Of a stretch of DNA of 61,627 nt, positions 19,369 through 31,139 are shown in pieces. This DNA comes from Myxococcota bacterium (GTDB lineage Bacteria > Myxococcota_A > UBA9160 > UBA4427): assembly GCA_036336835.1 (NCBI GenBank), contig JAYZFK010000078.1, positions 1-61,627 of the forward strand, given 5' to 3'. Positions within the stretch are counted from its first letter, which is position 1, and each line of letters begins with the position of its first letter. The translations under genes were made by a program, and so were the position numbers. The notes under the pieces are model-generated. The model had not been told where the DNA came from, ran no database searches, and worked only from the letters and a program-made list of their open reading frames with translations.

Positions 19369-20580
19369 CTAGGCCTGGATTTCCGCGATCGCGTCGGCGA
19401 AGGCAACTGGCTGGCGCAGTTTGCGTCGGTAGCTGATCAGCTTACGGGCCTGGTTGAACGCGAGCGCGCCCACCAGGCGGCCCTTGCGGCCGTAGAGCTT
19501 GAGGAAATTGCGCTCTTCGAGTGAGCCGTGGACGACTACGCTCTCGTCTGCGTCGACGAGCCGGCCTGCCGACTGGATCTTCAGATCGAACTGATCGGAC
19601 CAGAAGAACGGAACCGACTCGTAGGCGGGCGCCTCCCCCGAGCCCGCCAGCAGCGTCTCGACGGCTGCGCGAGCCATCTCGGCTGCGTTGCTCCAGTGCT
19701 CGATGCGCATGTCCTCGTCGAACAGCGGATTGTGCCACTGCGCGACGTCGCCGGCCGCGACGATGCCCGGGACGTTCGTCGCGCAGTGGGCGTCGCACAG
19801 GACGCCGTTGCCGAGCTCGATGCCCGAGCCGGCGAGCCACTCGGTGCAGGGGGCGACGCCGATGCCGACCACGACGATGTCGGCCTCGACCGCACTGCCG
19901 TCGCTGAGCCTCAGGCGCTCCACGCGTTCGCCGCCTTCGAGGGCCTCGACCCCGACTCCGAGGCGTACGTCGACGCCGTGATCGCGGTGGACCTGTGCGA
20001 TCGTCTGCCCGACATCCGCGCCGACGGCGCGCTCGATCGGTACGGGCAGCGCCTCGATCATCGCGACCTCGAGTCCGCGGCTGCGGCAGCTGGCGGCGAC
20101 CTCCGCCCCGATGAAGCCCGCGCCCACGACCGCGACTCGTGGCGTGTGCTCGAGCGCCGAGCGGAGCGCTACCGCCTGCTCGAGGGTGCGCAGCACCGAC
20201 ACCCCTGCGAGTCCGTCCTGGCTCGGAAGCTTCCGCGGCGCGGCGCCGGTCGCGATCAGCAGACCGTCGAATGCGAGATCGCTGCCGTCAGCGAGTGCGA
20301 TCCGGCGCGAGCGGACGTCGATCCCGGTCGCGCGGCAGCCGAGACGGAGATCGAGCTCGAGCGCGTCGAAGCGCGCGGGGTCGCGCACGAGCGTGGTCTG
20401 CTCCGGTTCCCAGTCGCCCCGCAGGATCTCCTTCGAGAGCGGCGGGCGGTCGTAGGGGAGCGCCTGCTCGGCGCCGATCAAGCTCAGCTTGCCCTCGTAG
20501 CCGAGCTGGCGGAGGGCCTCGGCCGCCCGGAGCCCGGCTAGCGAAGCTCCTGCGATCACGATCTGCGACAACGTGCTCAA
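19369..20580 (-). CDS. NAD(P)H-ferredoxin reductase (putidaredoxin reductase-like)
   Basis: GASLAG, PYDRPPLSK, ATGA, GAGFIGAE, AAGDVA, RIEHW, VPFFWSDQ; GGAGGAG RBS before TTG 20580. Confidence 0.9.
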   Translation of the reverse strand: MSTLSQIVIAGASLAGLRAAEALRQLGYEGKLSLIGAEQALPYDRPPLSKEILRGDWEPEQTTLVRDPARFDALELDLRLGCRATGIDVRSRRIALADGSDLAFDGLLIATGAAPRKLPSQDGLAGVSVLRTLEQAVALRSALEHTPRVAVVGAGFIGAEVAASCRSRGLEVAMIEALPVPIERAVGADVGQTIAQVHRDHGVDVRLGVGVEALEGGERVERLRLSDGSAVEADIVVVGIGVAPCTEWLAGSGIELGNGVLCDAHCATNVPGIVAAGDVAQWHNPLFDEDMRIEHWSNAAEMARAAVETLLAGSGEAPAYESVPFFWSDQFDLKIQSAGRLVDADESVVVHGSLEERNFLKLYGRKGRLVGALAFNQARKLISYRRKLRQPVAFADAIAEIQA

Positions 20581-20670
20581 GCGCTCCTCCCGGGGCGAAC
20601 CCTGCGGCGGCGCGTGAGCATACCAGGAGAGGTCGCCCGCAGAGGCCGGTTTCAAGCTGGCACTTGCAGA

Positions 20671-20704
20671 GCATTCGGTGCAGTCTTTGTCCTGCACTGA
20701 ATGC
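20671..20704. promoter_or_regulatory. Inverted repeat; candidate enhancer (UAS) for a sigma54 activator
   Basis: GCATTCGGTGCAG-N8-CTGCACTGAATGC (12 of 13 paired), 66-100 bp upstream of the -24/-12 element. Confidence 0.55.
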
Positions 20705-20769
20705 CGGAAGCTGCAGCTCCCGGCGGGCAGTGGGTCCGCAAGAGGTTGAAAGACAAGGGATTCGAGCTC

Positions 20770-20785
20770 GGGCACGGAGCTTGCG
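20770..20785 (+). promoter_or_regulatory. Sigma54 (-24/-12) promoter
   Basis: GGGCACGGAGCTTGCG versus consensus TGGCAC-N5-TTGC; GG-N10-GC spacing; upstream of an operon encoding a sigma54 activator. Confidence 0.65.
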
Positions 20786-20878
20786 TTAACAGCACGCATG
20801 CAGTGCTGGCAGTACACCGGGTCCCACTCCACGGGCCACGCGTTCCGGGCCGAGGGGAATCGGTGGGGAGGCTTCGCG

Positions 20879-21958
20879 ATGCGTCACCAGCGCGATGGGG
20901 ACAGCCCGCGCCGTCCGCGGCGTGGCCGCGACCGGCAGCGAGCCCGGCGCGAGCGATCGCGAGGGCGCAAGCGCCCCGAGTCGCTCACCCCCGAGGAGCG
21001 CGCCTATCGCTCCGCTCGCAGCCAGGCCAACCGCAGGGCCAGGTTCTACACGCACGGGGTCGCCTACCTCTCGACGCTCGGCCTGCTGTTCGTCGCCACC
21101 CGCAGCGCGCGCGTGGTGATGCTGGTGGCCGCCGCCTGGGGCATCGCTCTCTCGCTGCACTACTTCGGCGTGGTCGTGCTGCCGGACCTCCGAAAGCGCT
21201 GGATCGACGAAGAGCTGGGCCGCAACGCCAAGCCCAAGGTCGACGCCGAGCGGCGGGACCACATCGAGCGCAAGGTGCGTTCGCTCGAGGATCTGTCGGC
21301 TTCGATCGCCCACGAGATCCGCAACCCGGTCACGGCAGCCAAGAGCCTGGTCCAGCAGATGGGCGAGGATCCGACCGCCAGCGCCAACGTCGAGTTCGCC
21401 AATGTCGCACTCGGCGAGCTCGACCGTGTGGAGCGCTCGATCAGCCACTTGCTGAAGTACGCGCGCGGCGAGGAGCTGAGGCTCGAGACGCTCGACGTCG
21501 CCGATCTGGTCGACTCGGCACTCGAGACCTTTCGAGACCGGATCGCGCGGCTCGGCGTGCGCGTCGAGCGCGACATCGGAGCTGCCGGCTTCGTGCATGG
21601 CGATGGCGACAAGCTTCGACGCGTCGTGATCAACCTGATCGCCAACGCACTGGATGCGATCGACGGCGGGCCACAGGACCCGACTCTGTGGGTGTCGGCC
21701 GGTGAGAACCTCGCCGGTACGGAAGCATGGGTGCGCGTGCGCGACAACGGGCCCGGGATCGACCCCGAGACCCGACGCAAGATCTTCGATCCCTTCTACA
21801 CCACCAAGCACCAGGGCACGGGCCTGGGGCTGGCGCTGTCCAAGAAGCTCGTGGAGACGCACGGGGGCACACTCGAGGTCGAGTCCGAGCCGGGGGGCGG
21901 AAGCGAGTTCATCGTGGCCTTCCCACGCGATCCCGAGCCCGAAGGAGTGCCGCGATGA
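20879..21958 (+). CDS. Sensor histidine kinase with N-terminal 2TM-like domain
   Basis: EERAYRSAR...RFYTHGVAYL then two TMs; H-box SIAHEIRNP, NLIANALDA, DNGPGI, FDPFYTTK, GTGLGL; GGGGAGG RBS. Confidence 0.9.
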   Translation: MRHQRDGDSPRRPRRGRDRQRARRERSRGRKRPESLTPEERAYRSARSQANRRARFYTHGVAYLSTLGLLFVATRSARVVMLVAAAWGIALSLHYFGVVVLPDLRKRWIDEELGRNAKPKVDAERRDHIERKVRSLEDLSASIAHEIRNPVTAAKSLVQQMGEDPTASANVEFANVALGELDRVERSISHLLKYARGEELRLETLDVADLVDSALETFRDRIARLGVRVERDIGAAGFVHGDGDKLRRVVINLIANALDAIDGGPQDPTLWVSAGENLAGTEAWVRVRDNGPGIDPETRRKIFDPFYTTKHQGTGLGLALSKKLVETHGGTLEVESEPGGGSEFIVAFPRDPEPEGVPR

Positions 21959-23147
21959 GCAAGACGTTGGCCCGACCGTGGCCGGTTGTACCCTCTCTGC
22001 TGGAGGTGGATGGCATGCCCCGCGCTCCGTACGATGGCTCCGCGCCGCCCCGACGTCGTCGCCGCCGCCGGCGTCACACCCAGAGCCGCGAACGGCTGGA
22101 GCCGAGTCGCGGAGGCGGCGATCGCGGCACCCCTGATCCCTCTCTCGAGCGTGCGAGCGAGCTCGCGCAGATCGACGAATCGCTGCTGGATGAGGACGAA
22201 CGGGCCTATCTCGAGGCGCGACGCCGCGCCGAAGAAAAGGTCGATCTCTACCGCGAGCTGGTGAAGGTAGGTCCGATCGCGCTGATCCTGCTGATCTTCC
22301 TGTTCCCGATCGGTGTGTGTTTCACCGCCTATCAGGTCATGCGAATCGGTCGTCGCACCTATCAGGTGCTGATCGAGCCGGGTGTGCGCGATCGTCTGGT
22401 GGCCGACGAGGTAGGCAAGCGGCTCGACGCCCGGGTGCAGGCTCAGCGGCGCGCGATGGAGGGCGAGCACGCCCGCTCGCTCGAGAAGCTGTCGGCCTCG
22501 ATCGCTCACGAGATCCGGAACCCGATCACTGCCGCGAAGAGTCTGGTCCAGCAGATGGGCGAGGAGCCTTCGTCTGCGGACAATGTCGAGTACGCGAATG
22601 TGGCCCTCGGCGAGCTCGAGCGCGTCGAGCGCTCGGTGTCACATCTGCTGCGCTTCGCGCGGGACGAGGAGATGCGCGAGCAGAACGTAGTGATGGCCGA
22701 AGTGCTCGACTCGGCGCTCGAGACCTTTCGCGAGCGCTCGGCGCGCGACGGTATCACGATCGAGCGCAGCTTCGACACCGACGGCGCACTGCGCGGCGAC
22801 CCGGAGAAGCTGCGGCGCATCGCGATCAATCTAGTCGGGAACGCCATCGACGCACTCGCCGACAGCGCGACCGCGGATCGGCAGATCGTTGTCGCTCTGG
22901 GCGAGAACCTGGCGGGCAGCGAGGTGTGGGTGCGCGTGCGCGACAACGGGCCCGGGATCGAACCCGAGGTTGCAGCGCGCATCTTCGATCCGTTCTTCAC
23001 GCAGAAGCAGGCGGGCACGGGGCTCGGGCTGTCCATCACGCGGAAGCTGGTCGAGGCGCACGGCGGTGAGATCGAGTTGGCGAGCGAGCTCGGTCAGGGC
23101 ACCGAGTTCCTGGTGACGTTTCCGAAGGAGTCGAGGGGAGGTGCGCG

Positions 23148-23151
<4 letters not shown>
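21955..23151 (+). CDS. Second, paralogous sensor histidine kinase
   Basis: ATGA overlap with the previous gene; ERAYLEARRRAEEK then a hydrophobic segment; SIAHEIRNP, DNGPGI, GTGLGL. Confidence 0.9.
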
Positions 23152-24548
<1,397 letters not shown>

Positions 24549-24588
24549 ACCTGCGCGCCCACGACCAAGCAACGAAGGGAGAGATCGG

Positions 24589-25335
24589 ATGAGTACGCTG
24601 AACGAACAACCGGGGGCACTTGCCCGTTTCGGCAGTCTGCTGCGCGGCTTCTTCTCTGGCTGGGTGCGCGGCAGGGAGAACCGCAACCCCGAGCTGGTCT
24701 ACGAACAGGCGATCGAGGGCCGTGTGCGCCAGTACCGCGAGCTCAAGCAGGCGGTCGCCGGAATCCTGTACATGCGGACCAAGCTCGAAGGCGAGATCAA
24801 TGAACGGCGCGCCGAGATCGCGCGGCGACACGACGACATCCGCCGATCGGTGCGCCGTGGCCAGGAGGAGATCGCGGTAGCGCTGATCGCGCAGAAGCAG
24901 GCCCTGTTCGAGGATCTCGAGCACGCTGAGCAGGAGCTCGAGAGCGTTCGCGACGAGGCCGAGGAGGCGAAGCAGAACCTGACACGCTTCCGCGAGGAGA
25001 TCCGCCTGCTGGTCCGCGAGAAGGGTCGCATGGTGGCAACGCTCGCCAACGCCCAGGCGCGTCGCCGGCTGCAGCTCGCGGTCGACGGCATGTCGGTCGA
25101 CGCCGAGATGGCCGCGCTCGAGAGCGTCCGCGAGCACGTTGGACGTCTCTCGACTGAGGGCCAGCTCGATAAGGAGCTCGGCGAGGACGGTGGAATGCGC
25201 CAGCGTTTGCGCGCCTTCCGGGACGATGCCCGACGGGAGGCTGCGCGGGCCGAGTTCGAGCAGCTCCGGGCCGAGCTCGACAGCCACACCATCCCGGCTA
25301 CCGCCAGGCACGTCGTCCCGGTCGCCTCGGGCTAG
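24589..25335 (+). CDS. PspA/IM30 family protein
   Basis: N-terminal amphipathic helix (LARFGSLLRGFFSGWV), ENRNPE..YEQAI, long coiled coil, 248 aa. Confidence 0.8.
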   Translation: MSTLNEQPGALARFGSLLRGFFSGWVRGRENRNPELVYEQAIEGRVRQYRELKQAVAGILYMRTKLEGEINERRAEIARRHDDIRRSVRRGQEEIAVALIAQKQALFEDLEHAEQELESVRDEAEEAKQNLTRFREEIRLLVREKGRMVATLANAQARRRLQLAVDGMSVDAEMAALESVREHVGRLSTEGQLDKELGEDGGMRQRLRAFRDDARREAARAEFEQLRAELDSHTIPATARHVVPVASG

Positions 25336-25499
25336 CAGCCCGCCCCGAGACTCCCGTGGAACGCGCGGAGTCCGCGGTCGAATGGCTGGCCGGGGCCGAG
25401 CTCGAATCACCGACGGATTCCCGCGGGTGCCCAGTGCACGTGCGCCGAAAAAGTCGATTATTCAGCTCTGGCCCCGGTGCGACCCAGTAGATTCTCGCC

Positions 25500-26120
25500 G
25501 TGGAGCTGCTGCTGATCCGTCACGGGCTTCCCGTTCGCATCGAGCGCGACGATGGGGCGCCTGCGGACCCACCGCTCTCGCGCGCGGGCCGCGGGCAGTC
25601 GCAGCGGGTCGCGCGCTGGCTGGTTGCGGAGCGGATCGACGCAATCGTGTCGAGCCCGCTGTTGCGCGCCCTCGAGACGGCCGAGCCCCTGGCAGACGCC
25701 AAGCGATGCGAGATCCAGGTCGAACCAGGGGTGCGTGAGCTCGACGCGGATTCGGACCGCTACATCCCTCTCGAGGAGCTGAAGGAGCAGGATTACGAGG
25801 CCTGGAAGGTGGCAATGGCCGGCGGGCTCTATGCCGGTGTCGACGTCGAAGCCTTTCGCGGCGAAGTCGTGGACGCGATCGAACGGACGATCGCAGCCAA
25901 CCCGGGTAGACGTGTCGCCGTCGTCTGCCACGGCGGGGTGATCAACGCCTGGGCCTCTCACGTGCTCGGGATCTCCGAGCTGCTCTTCTTCGATCCCTAC
26001 TACACGAGCATCAATCGATTCTTCGCGGCATCGAGCGGCGAGCGCAGCGTCGCCAGCCTCGGGGAGATCTCGCACCTGCGATCCGATCTGATCGCTTCCA
26101 CCGCCGAGGACGCCGCGTGA
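25500..26120 (+). CDS. Histidine phosphatase family protein
   Basis: LIRHG, SSPLLRALETA, VCHGGVIN. Confidence 0.9.
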   Translation: MELLLIRHGLPVRIERDDGAPADPPLSRAGRGQSQRVARWLVAERIDAIVSSPLLRALETAEPLADAKRCEIQVEPGVRELDADSDRYIPLEELKEQDYEAWKVAMAGGLYAGVDVEAFRGEVVDAIERTIAANPGRRVAVVCHGGVINAWASHVLGISELLFFDPYYTSINRFFAASSGERSVASLGEISHLRSDLIASTAEDAA

Positions 26121-26479
26121 CCACACCGCTCGAGCTCGTGGCCTTCGGGTTGGTTGGCCTCGGACTGTGGTTCGGTCTGATGCGTACCGAGCCCGGGCGC
26201 CGCTTGCGTAGCAAGGTCGGGCGTGCCCTGGCGCGCACTGCGGGCGGCGAGGCCCCGGCGGAGTCGAGCACGTCGCCGAACGAAGACCACCAGTTCCTGC
26301 TCGATCAGTGCAACGGCGACAACGCCGAGCTGCTCCGCCGTCTCGAAGCCGAGGCTCGCCGCAATCCGGGGCTCGGCAACGACCAGGTCTACCGAAAGGC
26401 GATCAGGACCTGGTTCCTCGAGAACCGGGGCGGCACGCACGGCTCGATCGCCGAGGAGCTCGACGACACATGGCTGTGA
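26117..26479 (+). CDS. Hypothetical protein with N-terminal membrane anchor
   Basis: GTGA overlap with the upstream gene; one N-terminal TM. Confidence 0.65.
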   Translation: MTTPLELVAFGLVGLGLWFGLMRTEPGRRLRSKVGRALARTAGGEAPAESSTSPNEDHQFLLDQCNGDNAELLRRLEAEARRNPGLGNDQVYRKAIRTWFLENRGGTHGSIAEELDDTWL

Positions 26480-27156
26480 GCTACGTCTTCGTCCACGGTG
26501 CGTCACACGGTGCCTGGTGCTGGGAACGGCTGCTTCCCTTCCTGGAAGCTGACCCGCGCGTCGCCTCGGTCGTGGCGATCGATCTCGCGGGCCACGGCAC
26601 GCGTCGCGACGCAAAGCCACTCGAGGAGATCGCGATCGCGGACTACGTCGACGACATCGTCCACGCGATCGAGTCCCGCGACCTGCACGATGTCGTGCTC
26701 GTCGGGCACTCGCTGGCGGGCATCTCGATTCCTCACGCAGCGGCGCGTCTGCTCCCGCGGATCGAGCGCCTCGTCTATCTGGCCACGTCGAACCCGCCGG
26801 CCGGCTCGAGCATCATGGAGCTGATGAAGCATCCGCTGTCTCCCATCTCGCGCGGGATCGCCGCCGACACCATGTTCTGCAACGATCTCGATCCCGAGAC
26901 GACCGCCTGGCTGCTGGAGCGGCTGGGCGACGAGCCGCCGGGGCCGATGAACGAGCCGGTTGCGCAGGCCGAGCTGCCGCCGGATCTCCCGACGACCTAC
27001 ATCCTGCTGGAACGCGACGAGACGCTGCCCGATGCCTTGCAGCTCGAGCAGGCGAAGGTCGCGCAGGTCGACGAGGTCATTCGTTTCGACTCGGGCCACA
27101 GCGCCTTTGCGGCGCGTCCGCGCGAGCTGGCGGAGCTGTTGCTCTCCTGGGCCTGA
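26470..27156 (+). CDS. Alpha/beta hydrolase (methylesterase-like)
   Basis: FVHGASHGAWCW, DLAGHG, GHSLAG, SGHSAF; start 26470 or 26476. Confidence 0.88.
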   Translation: MAVSYVFVHGASHGAWCWERLLPFLEADPRVASVVAIDLAGHGTRRDAKPLEEIAIADYVDDIVHAIESRDLHDVVLVGHSLAGISIPHAAARLLPRIERLVYLATSNPPAGSSIMELMKHPLSPISRGIAADTMFCNDLDPETTAWLLERLGDEPPGPMNEPVAQAELPPDLPTTYILLERDETLPDALQLEQAKVAQVDEVIRFDSGHSAFAARPRELAELLLSWA

Positions 27157-27168
27157 CGAGCGCCCGTC

Positions 27169-28527
27169 TCAGCCGGCCCCCCGCTTGCGCAGCGGCGCCC
27201 GCCCGATGCCGGGCCAGATGCGCAACGTGCCCGCGCCGCCGCGCAGCACGATCCACAGCGTGGTCACGATCCAGACGCCCTCGAGCGACGAGCGGCCGCT
27301 CGCGTCGAGGGCGAGCAGCAGCGCCGCGCCGGTACCCGTCGAGATCAGCATCGCGTTGCGCAGGAAGCGATAGTCGCCTGTTCCCCAGTGGATGCCGTCG
27401 GTTCCGAACGACACCGCATTGAAGGGCTGCGACAGCGCGGCGATCGTCCAGGCACCGCCGGCGAGCGGGCGAGCGGATTCGGGGAGCGCAGCGAGCAGCC
27501 ACGGGGTGCCGAGTAGCATCAGGGCGGCCGCGGCGACGCCAGTTGCGACGCTCCACTCGAGACACACCCGCGCGACCCGGCGGGCGAGATCGCTCCGGCC
27601 GGCGCCTGCGAAGTAGCCGATCAGGCTCTGGGCGACGATCGCGTAGGCGTCGAGCAGGAAAGCCGCCAGCATCCAGACGGAGCGGATCAACGTGTGGGCG
27701 GCGCCGGCATCGGTGCCAATACGCATTGCGGCGCGACCCGCGAGAGTCACGAAGACGAGCAGCATCGCCGAGCGCATGAACAGATCGCGCCCGACGATCA
27801 GCAACTGCCCGGTCCTCGCCCAGACGATGCGCCGCGTGGGCCCGAGCTTCGCCACGACCGCGTGCAGGGCGATGGCGGCGCCGAGCCACTGGGCGATCGT
27901 GGAGGCCCAGGCCGCGCCGACGATCTCGAGTCGCGGAAACGGGCCGACCCCGAAGATCAGTACGACGTCGAGCGCCAGGTTCGCAACATTCGTCGCAATT
28001 GCGATCCACAGCGGCGTCCGCACGTCCTGCACTCCCCGCAGTGCGCCGAAGGCCGCCATCGTGAGCAGCACGGCGGGGGCGCCCACCAGCCGGATCCGCA
28101 GGTACGCCAACGCGCCCTCGAGCGTTGTGCCCTCGGCGCCCATCCAGTTGGCGGCCGCCTCTGCCGAGAGCTCGCCGATCAGCGCGAGTGCCGCGCCGAA
28201 TCCCAGGCCGAGGCCCATCGCGAGCCCGGTCGTCTCCGCTGCCCGATCGCGCCGGCCCTCGCCGAGAGCCTTCGCCACGAGCGTCTGGGTTCCGATGCCG
28301 AGGAAGTTGAATGCGAACAGCAGCATCGACATCAGCGGCACCGCGACACCGAGCGCCGCCAGCGGGCTCGCTCCGAGTCGCGCGATCAGCAGCGAATCCA
28401 CGATTCCAGTGAGTGGCTCGGCCACCAGCGAGCCGACCATCGGCACCGACAGCCACCACATCGTGCGATGCGGGTGCTGGGTGAAGTCGTGCTCTTCTGG
28501 CGATGCCGGGCCGGCGCGGTCGCTCAC
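27169..28527 (-). CDS. MATE family efflux transporter (DinF-like)
   Basis: AEPLTGIVDSLLIARLG, YLRIRLVGAP, LRGVQDVRTP; about 12 TM. Confidence 0.9.
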   Translation of the reverse strand: MSDRAGPASPEEHDFTQHPHRTMWWLSVPMVGSLVAEPLTGIVDSLLIARLGASPLAALGVAVPLMSMLLFAFNFLGIGTQTLVAKALGEGRRDRAAETTGLAMGLGLGFGAALALIGELSAEAAANWMGAEGTTLEGALAYLRIRLVGAPAVLLTMAAFGALRGVQDVRTPLWIAIATNVANLALDVVLIFGVGPFPRLEIVGAAWASTIAQWLGAAIALHAVVAKLGPTRRIVWARTGQLLIVGRDLFMRSAMLLVFVTLAGRAAMRIGTDAGAAHTLIRSVWMLAAFLLDAYAIVAQSLIGYFAGAGRSDLARRVARVCLEWSVATGVAAAALMLLGTPWLLAALPESARPLAGGAWTIAALSQPFNAVSFGTDGIHWGTGDYRFLRNAMLISTGTGAALLLALDASGRSSLEGVWIVTTLWIVLRGGAGTLRIWPGIGRAPLRKRGAG

Positions 28528-28594
28528 TTCGGTCGGTGGTACCGCAGATGGCCGGAGACGGCCCCTGAAGCGCGTCGGGCCCCGAGCGTCGCCT

Positions 28595-28906
28595 CTAGCG
28601 GGTGACGGTCGCCGGCGCGCCCGGCTTGCCCAGCCGCTTCTTGATCTGGCGCTTCAGTCGCTGCGCTTCTTCGGGCAGCTTCTGGTCGGCGGTGTCGAGC
28701 AGGAACCGGTCGAGGCCGCCCTTCTTGACCACGGTGCGCAGCGCACGCGTCGAAACTCTGAGGGTGATGTCGCGGCCTAGCACTGCCGAGGCGAGCGAAA
28801 CCTTCTGGATGTTCGGCAGGAAGCTCCGGTTCGTCTTGCGGTTCGAGTGCGAGACGTTGTGGCCCGATTGCGGCTTCTTGCCCGTGAGCTGGCAGGATCG
28901 CGACAT
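28595..28906 (-). CDS. rpmB: 50S ribosomal protein L28
   Basis: [32 protein letters not shown]. Confidence 0.95.
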   Translation of the reverse strand: MSRSCQLTGKKPQSGHNVSHSNRKTNRSFLPNIQKVSLASAVLGRDITLRVSTRALRTVVKKGGLDRFLLDTADQKLPEEAQRLKRQIKKRLGKPGAPATVTR

Positions 28907-28908
28907 GG

Positions 28909-29229
28909 TTACGTCTTCTCGCCGGCCTCGCCGGCCTCGCTGGCCTCGTCGGCCTCGCTGGCCTCGTCGGCCTTGCTGGCCTTGCTGCTCTTGCCGCCCC
29001 AGCGCCTGCGGAATCGATCGATCTTTCCGTCGCTGTCGAGCTCGCGCATCTTGCCGGTCCAGAACGGGTGGCTGACCGACGAGATGTCGAGCTTGACGAC
29101 AGGGAGCTCCTCGCCTTCGACTTCGCGGGTCTCCTTCGCCGTCATCGTCGAACGCGACACCCACTCGGTGCCGGTCGCCGAGTCCACGAATATGACCTTG
29201 TGGTAGTCGGGATGGGTGTCGGGCTTCAC
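28909..29229 (-). CDS. rpmE2: 50S ribosomal protein L31 type B (zinc-free) with repetitive acidic tail
   Basis: [37 protein letters not shown]; no Cys. Confidence 0.93.
   Translation of the reverse strand: MKPDTHPDYHKVIFVDSATGTEWVSRSTMTAKETREVEGEELPVVKLDISSVSHPFWTGKMRELDSDGKIDRFRRRWGGKSSKASKADEASEADEASEAGEAGEKT
28921..28983. repeat. Seven tandem 9-bp units encoding the L31 tail
   Basis: gccggcctc x2, gctggcctc, gtcggcctc, gctggcctc, gtcggcctt, gctggcctt. Confidence 0.85.
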
Positions 29230-29239
29230 GGCGGGGCGC

Positions 29240-29545
29240 TTACCAGCTCGACTTGCGCACGCCCGGAAGCTGGCCGCGCAGGGCTAGCTCGCGCAGGGCA
29301 ATGCGGGAGATCGCGAACTTCTTGTAGTAGCCGTGCGATCGTCCCGAGACATCGCAGCGCCGGTTGAGGCGGGTCGAGCACGAGTTGCGCGGCAGCTTGG
29401 CGAACTTTTCCTGAATCTGGAGCTTTTCCTCGATCGAGACTTCCGGATCATTCAGTCGCTGGCGCAGCTCGGCGCGCCGGCTGGCATACTTCGCGATCAG
29501 CTTGCGGCGCTTGTTGTCGCGATTGATCTGGCACTTCTTGGCCAT
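29240..29545 (-). CDS. rpsN: 30S ribosomal protein S14, long zinc-free form
   Basis: 101 aa; [40 protein letters not shown]. Confidence 0.96.
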   Translation of the reverse strand: MAKKCQINRDNKRRKLIAKYASRRAELRQRLNDPEVSIEEKLQIQEKFAKLPRNSCSTRLNRRCDVSGRSHGYYKKFAISRIALRELALRGQLPGVRKSSW

Positions 29546-29768
29546 CGAGGGGACTCCGGTTTCTCTCGGGGCAATCTCGAACGGGGGTCTCGCGAGGCGA
29601 GGCGGGGACTCTAGACGTCCGAGCGCGTCGCCGCAAGCGCCGGCACCGCCGGCGCGAGGGCCAATTCTCCTTCTGGGATGGGTATTTGGACGAGATCGGG
29701 CGCAGCCATCGGCCGCCGACGGGGCCTGGCGGAGGCGAGGCGACTCATCGATCGCCCGGCTCGTCCCC

Positions 29769-31070
29769 TCACGCCTTCACCAGCCAGAGCGAGCTCGCAC
29801 CTTTCATGCCTCCAAACAGGATCGGCTGCCGCTCCGGGTGCAGCCGGTAGTCGGGCAGCCGCCGGTGGAAGGCTTGCAGGCCGATCCGCAGCTCGCGGCG
29901 TGCCAGGTGGATGCCCAGGCAGCGGTGCGGGCCCAGCCCGAAGCCCATGTGGCGATTGGGATTGCGGTCGAACACCAGCTCGTCGGGGTCGTCGAAGGCC
30001 TCTGGATCGCGGTTGGCGGACGGCGTCGCGCAGGAGACGGTGTCGTTCTCGAGGAAGTGCGCGCCCTGGAAGACGAGATCGCGCGTGACCCGGCGCGGTG
30101 GCGTCACGATTGCGTGGAAGCGCACCAGCTCCTCGACGGCCTCGGCGACGGCGCGCGAGTCGTCGAGCAGCGCGACGAACTCGCGCCGCTCGTCCGGCTG
30201 CTCGGCGAACGTCTTCACGACCAGCCCGAAGACGGAGGCGACCGTATCGAGCCCCGCCATGAACAGCAGAAACAGCGTGTCCTGCAGCTCCTCCTCGGTC
30301 AGTGGCCGGTCGCCCTCGTAGCGCGCTTCGAGCAGCTTGGTGATGAGATCGTCCCCCGGCTGCTGGCGGTGGGCCTCGAGCTGCTCGGCCAGGTAGGCGT
30401 AGATCTCGACCCCGACCTGCGTGCGCACCTGCAGCTGCACCTCCGCGAGGTCGTTCTCCTCGCCGATCTCGAGGCCCATCTGTCTGGCGCGAGCGAGCGC
30501 GAGCTCCCTGCCGCGCGGGTGCCCATCGTTCGCGTGCATCAGGGTGTTCTTCCAGTCCATGATCTGGCCGTAGTCCTCGGCCGGGAAGCCGGCGAGCTCG
30601 CAGAAGATCACGGTCGGGAAGGGATCGGCAAAGTCGGCGACGAAGTCGAATTCGTCCTTGGAGAGCATGTCGTCGAGCAGCTGCGTGGCATAGCGCTCGA
30701 GGTGGGGCTCGAGCTTGGCCATGGCGTCGACTGTGAACCACGGATTCATGATCCGCCGGTACGAGGTGTGCATTGGCGGGTCGATCGCCTGCGGGATCCA
30801 GGGGCGCACCGGATAGTTCGAGGTCTGGCTCGAGAAGTCGACCGGCGCGCGCAGCACCTCGGCGATGTCGTCGTAGCGGGTGAGGAACCAGACCGGGTCG
30901 TTCGCGCCCATGCCCATCGGGCCCCGCTCGGTCCGGGCGACTGGCAGGTGCTCGCGCAACAGCTCGTAGGTCTCGAACTCGTGCTCGAGGAACTCGGCTT
31001 TCGACTGGTCGAGCTCGCGGGCCGTCGTTACGGCCCGGTTGAGAGCTTCGCGCTGCTTCGGGGTCGACAT
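29769..31070 (-). CDS. Cytochrome P450
   Basis: [29 protein letters not shown]. Confidence 0.95.
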   Translation of the reverse strand: MSTPKQREALNRAVTTARELDQSKAEFLEHEFETYELLREHLPVARTERGPMGMGANDPVWFLTRYDDIAEVLRAPVDFSSQTSNYPVRPWIPQAIDPPMHTSYRRIMNPWFTVDAMAKLEPHLERYATQLLDDMLSKDEFDFVADFADPFPTVIFCELAGFPAEDYGQIMDWKNTLMHANDGHPRGRELALARARQMGLEIGEENDLAEVQLQVRTQVGVEIYAYLAEQLEAHRQQPGDDLITKLLEARYEGDRPLTEEELQDTLFLLFMAGLDTVASVFGLVVKTFAEQPDERREFVALLDDSRAVAEAVEELVRFHAIVTPPRRVTRDLVFQGAHFLENDTVSCATPSANRDPEAFDDPDELVFDRNPNRHMGFGLGPHRCLGIHLARRELRIGLQAFHRRLPDYRLHPERQPILFGGMKGASSLWLVKA

Positions 31071-31139
31071 GGCGTGCCCTCCGTCGTCAGTAGACCACGT
31101 CGCGGACGATTCCGCAGCTCTGGCGGCGGGCGCTGGAGG

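Noticed and set aside
20658..20673. Second sigma54-like site TGGCAC-TTGCA-GAGCA
   Set aside because: Spacing fits but the -12 element is poor and it overlaps the palindrome; 20770-20785 is the better candidate
29546..29768. Zur box upstream of the zinc-free ribosomal operon
   Set aside because: No AT-rich palindrome found
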